The notes: generated by a model from the sequence alone, not told the origin. 64,000 bases of DNA from Chlorokybus atmophyticus (GCA_009103225.1 RHPI01003729.1:63244-127243); one strand, 5' to 3'. Shown: positions 10,801-24,663, counted from the first letter of the stretch. Translations and numbers: made by a program.

Positions 10801-13800
10801 TTCCAAGCCCAAGCCTCTATCCATTGCGCAGTAAGTATAGGTCATAAAGATGCTGGATTTGTGCCCATGAACCTGCTTGCTAATGAATTGCCGCAGTGTG
10901 TTTGAAGAGTTCCGGGCCATAGCAGCTGCACAAGGCTCGCAGAGTGTGGAGCGCAAAGTTGGCAAGATCAACGGTCTCATGATGGCTGCGAAGGATGTTG
11001 AGGCACAGTTCATTGTCCGCCAACTGACGGTGTGTAGCCAAGCAGTTGCGAACATGCTGGTTTTGGTTGATTGTCAAGCGTGAATTGCTACAACTGGCAG
11101 ATTCTTCAAGTGTTGCATAGGTGCTGCTTGTACACACCTCTATGGCCGTTTGATTTTCTGTCCCGTCTCAATGCAGGGCAAGATGCGCATTGGCCTTGCA
11201 GAGCAATCAGTGGTGGCTTCCCTTGGCTTGGTGAGTGCATGCACCGATTCTTGTTTGCGCTGCATATAATGCACGCGAATGCTCAAGACGTGACATAAGG
11301 TTTCTTCTCTTTGCCTGTGCCTGTGCCTGTGTGTTGTAGTTTTGTGATTGGGTTGCTTCTTTTGTCATGTCGCTTTACAAGCAGGCACCTTGTCTGAGCT
11401 GTTGTCTTACCAATAGCTGGTTGCAGGCTTCGGTACTTGCAGAGCCTAATCTGTCAACGAAAGAATTGCCAGACAGATTGGATGAAGCTATGCGCATCAT
11501 GAAGCGGGTAACTATTACAGTCCTTTTGCACTTGTAATGAGCACATGATTGCACTGGTTGAAACGTCATGCTCAGCATCTTTGACACCCACTGCTTGTCC
11601 TCGTTACTTGCGCAACGAGTGGCTCCTGTATCTAACATCGCTGGTCGGGGCACAGGCCAACAGTGAGATGCCATCTTATGACCTTATTATTCCGGCACTA
11701 TTGAAGTATGGGGTGAGCGGCATTGGGAAGCAGCCATTACAGTACTCAGCAACGTGAATGTGGTGTCTAGTGGCCTTAAGACGTGCCATATTGTCAATCG
11801 CTGTATGTTGGTCAAGATGTTTTGCTCACACAATCCTGGCAGGTGCGAGAACTTCCCAAGCACTGCCAGTTCACGCTGGGGGTCCCTATCAGACCTATGC
11901 TTGCCAAGCCAACAAACGGCGTGTCTGAGGTGTTGGACAAGTTCCAAGACAGGGAGTTCACGTGCGAGTACAAGTATGACGGCGAGCGCGCGCAAGTACA
12001 CATCCTTGACAATGGGTACGATCCGCAGAGCATGAGTGTTAAAGGAAACGAACAGCTTATGGTGCAATAGTCTGTCTCTACTTATGGTGTTCAAGTTGTC
12101 ACTGACACTGAGCCATAAACACATGCTGCTTACATACAATAATGATGGCTGATGGCCAAAATTGCAGGGACGTGCGGATCTACAGCAGAAATCTGGAGGA
12201 CAACACTGGCAAGTTTCCCGACATTGTCAGCGGCATCAAGCAGCACATCAAGCCAGGTGTCAAGTCCGCGGTGATTGATGCAGAAGCAGTTGCTTATGAC
12301 CGCAATGAGGACAAGATTCTGCCTTTCCAGGTAAGATGGCCAGCATGCTTGCTGTATACCGTAAGTGCCCTTGATTCTCAGTACTAGCTGCTCAACCAAT
12401 ACTGCTCAGTGATGGGTTGTCGTATTTGTTGTGCTATCATGTGTTTTACCTACCTATCCTCATTGGTTGCAACTGCTGTACAGATACTTAGCACCCGCAG
12501 TCGCAAGGCAGTTAGCGTGGAAAGCATCAAAGTGCAGGTGAGTTGTGGCTCAAAATGAAGCAGCAAAGCAGCTCATGATTGTCTTGCTTCACTTTTGGAT
12601 GCAACTCTGCGATTCAGTTGGCGGCTTGCGGTGCAGGTGTGTCTATTCGCTTTTGATTGCCTGTATCTGAATGGTGAGAGCCTTCTCCAAAAGAGTTTGA
12701 CGGAGCGACGCGAGGCTCTGTATGGCGCATTTACTGAGGCTCACGGCTATTTTGAGTTTGCCAAGATCATGACGTCACGAGACACAGATGAGATCATGGT
12801 ATGCATGCGGTAACCAGCGCTCACATCCATGCCCCTGCCTACAAGCTGTTACTGTCTGCCCCCATCTTGGTGATGTCTCTGCTTACTCCTTGTTTAGCTT
12901 AGGCATGTGTTACGGCGAATGCCTTGGCTTGAAATTACAGCAATGCGTGGTGAGCAGGCCTTCATGAATGATGCTGTTGATGCCAGCTGCGAAGGGTTGA
13001 TCATCAAGGAGTTGACTGGTCATTCTACATACGGTATGCTGTCTTGAGAGCAACTGGCAACTTACTCCTGGCTGCTACTGTCATTGTGCATCATGCTGTA
13101 ACATGACGACGTACACTGCACAGAGCCTTCAAGGCGGTCCAACAACTGGCTGAAGTTGAAGAAAGATTACATGGAAGGAGTAGGTGACTCTTTTGACTTG
13201 GTTGTGATTGGTGCATTCCATGGACGAGGAAAGCGCTCGGGTGTTTATGGCGCCTACTTACTGGCTTGCTATGATGATGAAAACGAGGGGTATCAGTCCT
13301 TGTGCAAAGTTGGTACTGGTTTTTCTGAAGAGATGCTTCAAAGTCTCTACAATGGGCTTGCGCCTCACATTATCCCTCAACCGCGTCCGTACTATCAATT
13401 CGGTGACTCGTTGGACGTGGCAGTCTGGTTTGACCCTGTTCAGGTACATTGTGTTTAAGATGGTTGGCTTGCATGGTGCATGATTGGCTGCCTGTGCTTG
13501 AGCAATCAGCGTCCGGTTGATGTCTCTGCAGGTTTGGGAGATCAAAGCGGCTGACCTGTCCATAAGTCCTGTCCATCAGGCTGCCCATGGAAAGTGTGCT
13601 CCAGGAAAGGGCGTTGCGCTGCGCTTTCCTCGATTTCTACGCTTGCGCGATGACAAAAATCCTGAGGATGCAACCACAGCAGACCAGGTAGGTGACATTG
13701 GGCAAGCGAGTCCAGTTTGTAACCTTATGCTGCATCCTTAGCGTGACAACACTTGTCCACTGGCTTGAACTGTACACCTTGTTGCAGGTTGCAGAGTTCT

Positions 13801-13874
13801 ACAGAAAGCAATTTGCCAACAAGAAAGGTGGTGCCAACAAGGCAGCAAAGCAGGATGATGATGATGACTGGTAG
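7828..13874 (+). CDS. LIG1: DNA ligase 1 (multi-exon)
   Basis: N-terminal PIP box QRTIGSFF, long S/P/A/K-rich linker, [38 protein letters not shown] (adenylation Lys 11972-11974), [14 protein letters not shown] and [14 protein letters not shown]. Stop at 13872-13874. Confidence 0.96.
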
Positions 13875-14772
13875 CACACAGTCATCTATATTATCAGTAA
13901 ACCAAACGTCGCGTTGGCCTACGTGTGGACCTTGTATACCCTTTGCATGGTACCATTGATTGCAGGGCCAGCTTCGCGCTTGTTGTGGTACACTTTGTGT
14001 TTTTGACACAGCTTGCACAGCGCAACGGATAATTGTATTAATGTATGTTGATCAATTTGCAGCTTGCAGTACAGAATTGCTTGGATAGGTAGATGTACAA
14101 CTTGTGTATTCCTTGAACATGTCGTCTCCTTTCGCTTTGTATTTGGGAGCGTCGTCGTCGTCAATCGTGTGCATTGATTACAGCCATGCCAACTGGGATA
14201 CCGTAGCAGCTGACACTCGCAGGCATACAGTAGTGGTATCTCATCCTGTATGCGGTCATCATGATGTGTGCAAAGCAGTGTTCGGTGTGGTCGCATTCGA
14301 GGTCATCCAGTTGTACACAATATGCAATGTGGGGTGTATACTATATAGTATCCAGGGGGGTGTCCATGGACGCAGAACCTGTGCTTACTAGCATGTGGCG
14401 CTTGTGTCGCAGGTGCGCTAGCATGCAAGCTATCATCGCCACTGTCCGCGCCTGCAAAGCCATATGAGTATTACTTTACGTGATGTGTACTGGGTAGGCA
14501 GCTACGCATGCTAGCATATCATGGCGTGCGCACTCTGTCTTATCATGCTGCCATGCCGCACACATGCACTCATGCCAGTTCCAACAGCATGCATAATAAC
14601 CTTACATTCAACGCCGCTAGGCTACACTGTGCGCTACCTCTAACTTCACTACCCCAACATGCAACCACCACAGCGGCAAGCATTGCCGTAGTACCTGCCA
14701 TACGTCCGCCTGCGCGTCAGTGCTGCTGACTTGCATGACCATCACGCGCAAGACGAATAGCCGACCCCCCCN

Positions 14773-14982
14773 GGCAAGAGGCCTCGTGCGGGCGGACGCA
14801 GCGTCTGGCGGCGCAAGGTGCTGCAATGCAGGTTGCGGAAGTCGCTTTGCGTCTCGGCCAGCGCTTCTGCTGAAGGCAAAGTCAGCGCTGCGTCTGCCGC
14901 TCAGACGCTTGTAAGGTGAGAAGGCTCATCTAACATGTGACTTTGTGTTACCGCAGCTTCTGCATTGGGCATAGCGTGTCTA
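14773..14982 (+). repeat. Exact 210-bp copy of 21318-21527 (5' part of mraY), starting right after a single N (14772)
   Basis: Offset 6545; identical by eye. Confidence 0.9.
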
Positions 14983-16489
14983 CCCCGCCACTCCCAAACC
15001 CTCCACCGCTATAGCCGATGTTGCTCCCTGTGTCGCACTTTAAAGTTGTAGTGCACTGCCCCCTCCTTGCGTGTGCACGATAGACAACATGTAGCACTTA
15101 AGGCCACTGCACGTGTACAGCCTACTGTATGATTGTGATTGAGTAGGGTAGCATTGGACACCGCACACCACAACCGCCACTTGGCACCCGTGTAATATAT
15201 TCATCGTCATCTTTAGGGTTTCGTTAGTTCGGCAGCAGGGGCACTGCTGACGTCACACATGTCATGCATGCCGCAGTATTCCCTCCGCCGCAGTGGTCAT
15301 GTGTCCGGAGTCGGTGCCGACTGCTCCCCATGCACGTGTTGTGCACTCGTGCTGCCGTGGCTCCCGCCTGTGGCCGTGTCTGTCTGTGCTTCCAGGGGGC
15401 TCTACAAGCTACTACGCGACCTACACATACTAGCGCTCCGGCCAAGCGCTGCAGATGCACCCATACATACCACAACCGCATGCATTGCACACAACCTGCT
15501 ACCTTCCCCCTACAGGCTTCAGATTTATACATGTCAGCAGTGGTGATGTATGTCAAGCATTGAACCTGCTATGGCTGCGGCACTCACATACGTGGATGGC
15601 AATTGTGTGCGGATTAACCACATTACGTGCTATCTGTGTGCGTTATATGGTTTGCGTGTATATAATTGGTGACATGCTATATGACGTGCTGTTGTGCACA
15701 CGCATAACCATGCAACATGCACACCACCCAAGCAGTGTGTGTAAGAAGTAGTGCAGGCGGAAACATCATCATGCTTGCATGCATGCATGCGTGTTGATGC
15801 TTTGTGGCCCCTTTCTCTATGCTCACTTCAAGCATAAGTTATGCTTGCATCATCAATAGGCTAGTAGGGCTTGCAATTGCGGTTACTGTTGCTAACACTA
15901 TTCGTAACCACATCCCTGCTGCTATGATATGCAACTCCTCCACCTTGCCTTGGTTATTCTGCACGTACTAGTATAAAATGTTTACAGCTTGGACTCATTA
16001 AGATATACCGTCCATTATGACAATATGTCTATCATAATATTTTTGCATTATTTGCATAATACATCGTATAACTTGCATCCAGTAAGATTTTAATCATCAT
16101 TTTATATAAGCAATGATTAAAGCATGTTTCATACAAGAAGCAATGCACAAGTCATGTGCTCTCAAGCACTTGTGGGCTTATGTCGATTGATTGATTCATT
16201 TTGCACCCTTGGTTTTAGCTTTGGCTCGGAGAACTCGAGATGGACCAAGAACCAACTTGGGCTTACAAATCGCTATACACCCCAACCATACATCCGGAGA
16301 GATTGACACTTATCCGAGATCTCAATCTCTATCGCGATCTCTGAAGCTCGTCACATCCAACGGCGCACAGTTGGCTGCGTCATAAACGCAGATCAACCGA
16401 TATCCGCCTCACGTGACTCACATCAAGAAAATAATCCACAACAATCCACAATTATCACGCATGCAGCACACACACTTGGCTGGGGCTGC

Positions 16490-16497
16490 TATATAAA
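16490..16497 (+). promoter_or_regulatory. TATA box of the LEA-like gene (G-box CACGTG at 16410-16415)
   Basis: TATATAAA about 130 bp upstream of ATG 16629. Confidence 0.6.
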
Positions 16498-16628
16498 GTA
16501 AGTAAGCAAAGCTTGAGTCGTAAAGTGTGTCAGCGTCATTGCAATCTTTAGCTTTTGTTTGTAGTGCGTTGTGTCATCTGGGCGCTTGACAAGTTAGACT
16601 CAGCTATACACGCATCCACATACACACA

Positions 16629-17117
16629 ATGGCTTGCACAAGCGCCATCATGATCGCCGCCCCAGTCGCTGCTCGCCCCGCCACCCTCTCCATCCGCCGC
16701 ACCAACCCTGGTAAGCACAGTTACTGTAAAGGCCATGGTTGAGTTGCATTGAACTCTTGAAGGCATGCAATGAGCTGGCATTGATAGTGTCAATGCGAAT
16801 GTTTGGCTTGCATGCGTCCATGCCGTAGTATGCGTGTGACTCATTCTGCTTGTGTGATTGTTTGTTCATCAGTTGTGAAGAGGTCACTGGTGTGCAAAGC
16901 TGCGGAGAAGGGTCCCCTGGAGAAGGTGAAGGAGGTCGTGGAGGAGGCTGCCAAGGACGTGGAGAAGAAGATTGAGACCCGGGAGCTGACCGACCCCCGT
17001 GACGTCAAGAGCGGCGCCAACAAGGCCGGCAATGCTGCTGGCAATGCCGCCAAGGACGCCGGCAATGCTGTCAAGGATGCTGTCGACAACGCCAAGAAGG
17101 CCGTTAGCAAGGAGTAG
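16629..17117 (+). CDS. Small plastid-targeted LEA-like (A/K/D/E/N-rich) protein, 2 exons
   Basis: Exons 16629-16710 and 16873-17117 splice to MACTSAIMIAAPVAARPATLSIRRTNPVVKRSLVCKA (transit-peptide-like, VCKA site), then AEKGPLEKVKEVVEEAAKDVEKK...AGNAAKDAGNAVKDAVDNAKKAVSKE*. GC3 codon bias is strong. The family assignment rests on composition only. Confidence 0.7.
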
Positions 17118-18861
17118 ACTGGTCTACAGCGGTCAAACATTTTGCTGCACATGTACACATGTACACGGGTAATGTAGAATATTGCTGTCTTGCGATTTTG
17201 CAGTAGACAGTATGTTGTATATAGTCGGTTGCCATGATGTGAAGAAATAACTTGTTTCTGCAACGCTCTGTTACACTTTCCCCTGCTCTGTGTGTTCGTG
17301 GCTGCCATTGCCATGAACATTCTGACAGTGTGTACAATTACCTTTGGTACTGCCCAGATCGTAGCATCTGCAACACAGCAGCAAACATTGTGACTCACTT
17401 CTGGAGGATGATAATGTTCAATGCGTACAGAGGTGGGGTTGTGACTACTGTACTGTAAAATACGACATACTTGATTGTGATATGTGGTGTCCTGCTGCAT
17501 TCACATACTGCGGTACAAAAAATGAAATCACACAATTTTTAAAAACTTGGCGGTCACATAACATAACAGTTGCATGCAGCCAATGCATGCATATTACACG
17601 CAAGTTTGTCAATGGCAGCCAACAGCTGGCGTACCTGGTTGACAGTCAGTGCACCGACTGCGATGCATGTGATTTCCTGCTACATGCACTACATGCACAC
17701 CACTATTGCATTCAACTCAACTCTTGTTACTGCTGTTTCATTGCAGCTGTTGCTGTTGCCGTTGATGCATGCAATATGGTATAACTGTAGTTATAATAGC
17801 TAGGCCTTGCACCATGTATCAACAGAGGTACAGGCTTACCTCGCTTTCTTGCTACCACAGGAGGGAGAGGGCGTCCGTGTCCTCCTGCTGCTCTCTCTCT
17901 CCATATGTATATTATGTCAAACGGTTACAAGGTCCAAGTGTCGAAGCCATAACGTTAACACAATAACGCAAATCCAAAGCAATCACAACGCGAAGGCACA
18001 TGACAATACAACATGAGCGCTAGCGCATCAGCTGCGCAGGCCTCACGCCAAGAGCACTGCCACGTTGGACAGGGTCGTCACAGGAGCAGGTCATGGTGGC
18101 GGCCAACCCGGAGCTGCACACACGGCCGTCGTCGCGCTCTGCAATAGAGCCACGCCCGGAGCTCGCTGTAGTGCACAAGCAATTCGGTGCCTGTACAAGG
18201 ACACGAATTTGGACATACGTGTCGTATGCAACCCCCGATGCTTAACTACACGGCGCGCGCAGTTAGTAATCAGCTCGTGGAAAGAAGCTCCCAGGAGCTG
18301 CTGCTGTCGTCGCTGCTGCTGCTGCGAACGGGACGCCAACCATGGCGCTTGTGCAGGTGATTGCCACTATGCGTGCATGCATGTCTAACAGGGGGGCATG
18401 TAGTGATAGGGGTAGGGGTAGTTGGTAGATGGCGTGCAAGCGCATGCCCTAGGCCGGTCAAGTTGGTGAGCGACTGCTGTGGTGGTGGCATGCCATGTTC
18501 ACATAGATTTGCGTGTGCGAGTTCTGCCTTGCATCTTTTGTACACACTCAATATATATTCTGTCAACCCTGCAGCAGAACGTGTGTAACGCAGTTTGCAA
18601 CAAAGTTGACTTTAAAGTTAGTGATGTTCTGACTTACCTCCACACAAATCACATTGGTCAATCTTTTACAACGTAGTCTGTGATGCAGTGTGGACAAAGC
18701 TAATTCATACTTGTGATGTACTTGTTTTGCCCTCACGTCACTGCCAGACACAACTGACTCAAGCACCTGCACAAAGATGTAGCAACCGATGTTACCAAGG
18801 TGTAATGTTGGCGTATCCTCAGTCCAAAACTCCCTACCAAGCAGCTCCACGTTACACGCCG

Positions 18862-21069
18862 TCACCTGCGTCGCGACAGCGAGAGCGACGCAAACACGCC
18901 CGGCCTTCGCTTTGATAGCCGAGTCGGCTCCACAGCAGACTTTCTTGACGGCTGCTCCGCATCCAACACCATCTTGGGGCCAGCTTCGGACTTGGCCGCC
19001 CGCGCTGTGGTGGCATCCGACTGTTGTTGTGTCCGCGGCTTGCCAAATTGGCCAAACTGACTAAACAGTCGCTGTACAGACCAAAATGGCTAATCAGTTA
19101 TCAATAGTTGGGATATGTAGATGTGTTGTATTGCACTGTGTCATGACACCACGTACAGTGGTGATATAGTACACAAGCTTTCATACTTGTGCGCTCATGG
19201 AGATGGAAGCGAGTGCGGTGGAGACCGGCCGCAAGGGCGACTGTGGCACGGAGGCCATCTGCATCTGCGGGGCGCCCCGCTGCGTGCTTATGCTCTTGGT
19301 TTTGTCGGTGGCCGCCTGCGTGTTGTTTGCCTTCTGCACCTCCTTGTACGCATCTGCTATCGCCCACAGGGCCTTCTGACCCTCCACCACCTCCTTTGCC
19401 GCCGCCGGAGGCACCTAACAATGCACGTCTGCGTTTTGATGTGCCGAACCACCAACACTATTCAAGAAGCCGTTACATAAATTAACCAGTATCACACCTC
19501 AAATTCATCTCCGAGGGGGCCAGGTGCCAAGAACTCTGCGCCAGGGGCGTATATGAGGGGATTCGTGTCGTGTTGTTCCTCGGGTGGGACGGGTACCTCT
19601 GCAAGCAAGTTACACTCCATTTTGGCGTCCATGGCAGCAATAGTGGTATAATGTAAACCCGTGGAATGCTTACCGCCGTCTGGCTTGTGGAGGTAAAGCC
19701 GCGCCCTGGCAGCCATCTTCTTGGCCGCGTCTGCAGCCTTGTGAGCCTCTTGCGCTGGACACGCCATGTCGTCTCCAACAAAGGCGTCTTCCAGCCACTC
19801 TCCCTCTTCCAAGACATCATCCGGATAGACCTGTTTAGGGTGTTTGAGGTGTTGCTCTGACCAGTTACCAATGACATTGACCAATGACGTTGACCGAAAG
19901 CAATGACCTGTGCCAACAACTTGCAGCTGCTTCTTATAAGCATGCTCATAACTTGCTAACACTACTTTAGCATAGCAGCGTGCTTGCTTAGTAGCGTCCG
20001 TGCTTGTGCGAATGCATGTCACATGCGCGTACATGCTTGCACCCTACCTGTGTTCCTGATACACGTATACCACACAACTGCTACATGCCAGTTGAGAGGC
20101 CATGCATTAACACAAGAGCAAGGTACTGACTGCTCTACCTTGACGCCACAGCCGTGCATGTTGTTGTTCTTCCACTGTCCGTAAAACGTGCTGTCCGTGT
20201 CTTTCCAGTAGTACACTCCATACCCAGTCATCTGGTTGTCTCGGTACTCGCCCTCATAGCGATCCCCATCCTTGTACATGAACACGCCGCGATACTGACA
20301 TACTCCACCCTGGCATCAACACAACTTGATCAGCTCATTCAATTGTGCATGTAATTTTAGCTTCACTCCGGTGTTGTTGACTGCTGCATTTTACATGCAA
20401 GAAGCCCCGTCACACATCCAGCGTTGCAAAGCCATGCATGTCTTCCATAGCAATGCGTCCGTCAAAGCTCAAGGAACAACGTGGCATGAAGCGAAAGTTT
20501 GTATTTGCTTAGCGTGTGTAGCATAGCAGCGCACGTGAACAGCTTCAACTGGGAGGCTACTGCATGTGTCGACCAGTCAATGAGACTGTATCGTGCACAA
20601 TTGATATAAAGAAGCCGAAAAGCGCAAACTGTCAACCATGTAACAATAGCCAACAGCAGCACTACATCATGCAAGAGTGGATCCCTATTAAGCTTGTCTT
20701 TGCAGCAAGCGCCGTGCCTGTCCGCCACTACTATATACACGCACTATACGACCTGAGAATGCTTGTACGCGACCTTTATACATGAAAAAAATCCTGTGAA
20801 TGCGAGCAAGCACTGCATAGAATGGCTTAGGATCTCATCAGCAGCTGCCGCAGCCATGATCGGCGTAGAGTGATAAAGTGCATTGCACTCTAGAGAAACG
20901 GCACCTCTTTCATGAGCCCCTCGTACATGGCGCCATCAGGGTAAACCACCGACTCCCAAGTGATGTACTTCGACATGTTTCCTCGCGGATGTCCCGGCCG
21001 AGGACGCCGACACTGCCAACCAGATCGCTGGAGTGGTCGCCGCCACTTTAGGGTTTTACGCACAAGCAT
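18862..21069 (-). CDS. MORN-repeat protein, TIC100-like (multi-exon)
   Basis: VYPDGAMYEG, YKDGDRYEGEYRDNQMTGYGVY, FYGQWKNNNMHGCG, ARARLYLHKPDG and NPLIYAPGAEFLAPG resemble recalled plant TIC100 blocks (YAGQWKHSRMHGCG, KARMFVNKPDG, WMAPG). The last exon ends PGVFASLSLSRRR*. Start is 21069 or 20976. Confidence 0.65.
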
Positions 21070-21248
21070 TGTGCGCTGGGCCTTATCCGGAAACGCACAA
21101 GCCTTGTGCCCAAGCGTGTAAACCCTAGCTCTAAACCCAACATGCCACAACCAGACGCACTCCCCGCGCTTGTTGTGCTTGTGTCCTGCTTGTGTCTCTA
21201 CTGGCTGTGTGCAGCTCTGTTGGTGTGCAGCTCCTTGTCGGCGACGTC

Positions 21249-23613
21249 ATGGCGCATGTCGCCGCCGCCGGTTGCTGTCTCTGGGGTCCAGGGGGAGCTG
21301 TTAGGCTAATCAATGATGGCAAGAGGCCTCGTGCGGGCGGACGCAGCGTCTGGCGGCGCAAGGTGCTGCAATGCAGGTTGCGGAAGTCGCTTTGCGTCTC
21401 GGCCAGCGCTTCTGCTGAAGGCAAAGTCAGCGCTGCGTCTGCCGCTCAGACGCTTGTAAGGTGAGAAGGCTCATCTAACATGTGACTTTGTGTTACCGCA
21501 GCTTCTGCATTGGGCATAGCGTGTCTATTGCAATCAGCAATGCACAGAGCCCTCGCAACGCTGGCATTACTTTGTAGCGCTGATCTGACATAGAATCTAG
21601 CCACGAGTGTTCATATGAGCATTTTATCATAGTGCCGAGCGCTGTGTTCATTCATAGCAGAAGAGCCACAAGAGCAGTGGGAGCAGGCAAAGTGACGGAC
21701 AGGTGCATGCCTGTACTTAGTAGCAGAACAGCCACGATGACTTGTGCCAGAGTCAGTAACCTTATCACGCACAGTAGCTTTCTGAAGTCATTGCGTCTGA
21801 GCTGCTAAGTCAACATTTGCGATGAGACTGTCAGCATGCTGGGGGTGATGAGAGCGGACATTGCACAGGAAGCACTGTTTGACCTATACCTCTTGCAGCA
21901 AATCTGCAGGGCCCGCTGGGCCGTTGACTGCGGTTGCCATTGGAGCTGCCACAGCTGTCGCTACCAGCTGCATTGGCCTGCTCCAGCCCTTTGTGTTGTC
22001 AGCCACTGCTGCGGCGTTTGCTGGCTATGCATGCGTGCCAGTGCTGCACAGACTCAAGGCCGGACAGGTAAGCTGCGATTTGCATCTGCATGACATAGTG
22101 CAATGCATTGCCTGTCCAGCATACCTTCTTTGGTTGCGCACGAAGCACATCAACAACTTGGACACTGGCTGACTTACTTGTGCAGGTCATCTGCAGGTGA
22201 TCCGAGATGACGGGCCACAAGCACACCTCATCAAAACCGGAACTCCGACCATGGGAGGGCTGTACTTTATACCTGTAGGTGCGGTGCAGGCAAGCATGTG
22301 TATGAACAGCAACGTCCATTTTGTCGCCCTGCAGCAGCTTTGGGCATGCAAAAGGTTACAATTGAGCTATTTGCTGACACTACTGCAACGTGCAAGCATT
22401 GTTTATAGTTGTACTGGTTCGAGTTCCTGACAGCAGCTTGCTCTTGTTTGGGCTCTACCAATAGGAGTGGCGCTTGCTGCTGTATGGACCAAATTTGATC
22501 CCGCAGCTCTGGCCGTTGGAGCTGTCACTTTGGCCTTCGGTGCAGTGGGCTTTGCGGATGATTGGCTGAAGCTTACACGCAAGTCGCATGCTGGGATATC
22601 GCCCAAGGCTAAGCTAATTTCTCAGGTAGGGGACTTTGAGTCCCCAAGGACTAGAACATCACACTCTCGTCCGCACTTGCTGTTAGCAACAATATGGCCA
22701 CAATGCAAAAAGCCACTCACGTGTTTGTAATCGTCAATGTTCCATGCTATAGACGTTTGTCGGAGCGTGTTTCCTTGCGTGGTTGTCAACGCAGCAACTT
22801 TCCCTACCATGGCCAAGGTGAGAACTTGAGATTTGTTCCCGGACGTAGCGTGCAGTCCTATAATGCCAAACTGACAGCCATGTAGTTGTGGTTGACACGC
22901 AGTGTCACTGCAGGACATCAATCCCCCTCCTGCCATCCATACTCCTTCCCCTCGGTCTCTTGTTCTACCCGTTTGCTCTCTTTTCCATGTGCGCCATGAG
23001 CAACGGTGTCAACCTGACTGACGGCCTTGACGGTCTTGCTGCCGGCACTGCAGCCGCTTGCTTCGCTGGCCTCGCTGCAGGAAGTATCACCCTCGCACCA
23101 AGTATATATGTTTGTTGCAAATTATGACAATCTCTCGGCCTGGGGCAGCACTCGCATCTTGGATAATGTTACTCTGGCATCATGAATGTGGTCTTTGTGT
23201 CCACTGTGTGTTCAGGTGTCGCGGTGTTTTGTGTTTGCATGGCCGGCGCGTGCGTGGGTTTCCTAGCTCACAACCGACACAAAGCGAGGGTGTTCATGGG
23301 CGACACAGGTTCGTTGGCTCTAGGTGGTGCACTAGCTGCAGCCGCGAGCGTGACGGGCCTCTTCGCACCACTACTTGTCGCTTCTACAGTGTTTGTTGCG
23401 GAGACACTCTCTGTCATCCTGCAAGTGACATACTACAAGGCTACAAAGGGACCTGATGGCCAAGGGAAAAGGCTGTTTAAGATGGCTCCACTGCATCACC
23501 ATTTTGAGCTGGCTGGCTGGAGAGAGACGACCGTTATAGCAGGTTTTTACGCCGCATCCTGTGCATTTTCTTTGCTGGGCGCCGCGCTGGCGTTGCGCAT
23601 ACAAACGCTGTGA
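21249..23613 (+). CDS. mraY: Phospho-N-acetylmuramoyl-pentapeptide transferase, plastid-targeted (multi-exon)
   Basis: [53 protein letters not shown] and [14 protein letters not shown]-rich N-terminal extension. Confidence 0.95.
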
Positions 23614-24663
23614 GTGTAGTGTTGTTGGGGGCTACCAGTTGTGAGTATGCGCTAGACTTGCACTGGACTGTCTAATGGGTGGCGGTTGCAACGCAAGTAT
23701 ACAGTTTACCATTGCAAGCAGTCTGCTTGACAGTAGTCACACTTGACGTCCGTTGTCAGTAGGAGGGCTGGTTACCAAAGTGTGCAAGCATGAAGCATTT
23801 CCACGCAGGTTATGGTTTGTAGCAGCTTGGTAATACGTGATGTTACTCCTGTGTGTAAGCATGGCGGTCTTAAGCATAAGTTTAGTATGAGCATGTTCAT
23901 CTGTGCATTTGTGCACTGCGTGCTCTGTACACATGCTGTCATTGCACACCCTGTGTTTAGGATTGCTATAGCATACATGCTAACATCAGTGTACAAGTAA
24001 ACATCACCATTTCTGTTGCCTGAGAGCCGTGCAAATTGATACACTGACCCAAGCACTGGCACATAATCTGGCGGTAATGAAGATGAGTAGCAGCAACATA
24101 TCGGGTTGTTGTTAATCTGCATAAGCGAATGAATGTGCTGAGCTAACTACTACACCACATATGCGCAGTTGTGCAGATACAATTGCACACTCAAGCCAGT
24201 CAGAAATGCAATGTTATTGAAGGCAAGCGTGATAAAATGATGTTAGTACGCAACCACTTTCAATGTAAAGGTAATATCCAGTATTTATAAAGTCGTGTTT
24301 GAAAGGTAAGATTTAATTACCAGGTATTCACACTACATTACAAATCAATGCAGCGATAGTATGTATGAATTATACTATTCAGGCTTAGCTGTGTACATTG
24401 ACTATGCTGGTGAACAAGATAGACTTTGTGGTGGTCGACAGTATATTATTATGGGTGGATAACAAGATTAGTATCGAATGAGCTTTAACATCATTTCACA
24501 ATTCTTACTCGGGTGAAGAAAAAGGCAAAGAGTTTCATTTCAACTTTAATGTACAATGTACAATGGCACATTGGTGCCAAGTTCAATCAACCCTGCTCTA
24601 CCATGGTAAACCTAAGGCTGTTTATAAACACCTAATGTTGCAGAACGTGCCAAGGCAAGGTAT

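Noticed and set aside
14100-15560. Possible minus-strand gene with exon-like GC-rich patches
   Set aside because: No recognisable motif or consistent splice model; interrupted by the N junction.
17860-18390. Short ORFs and an ATG-exon-like piece between the LEA-like and TIC100-like genes
   Set aside because: No homology recognised and no coherent model.
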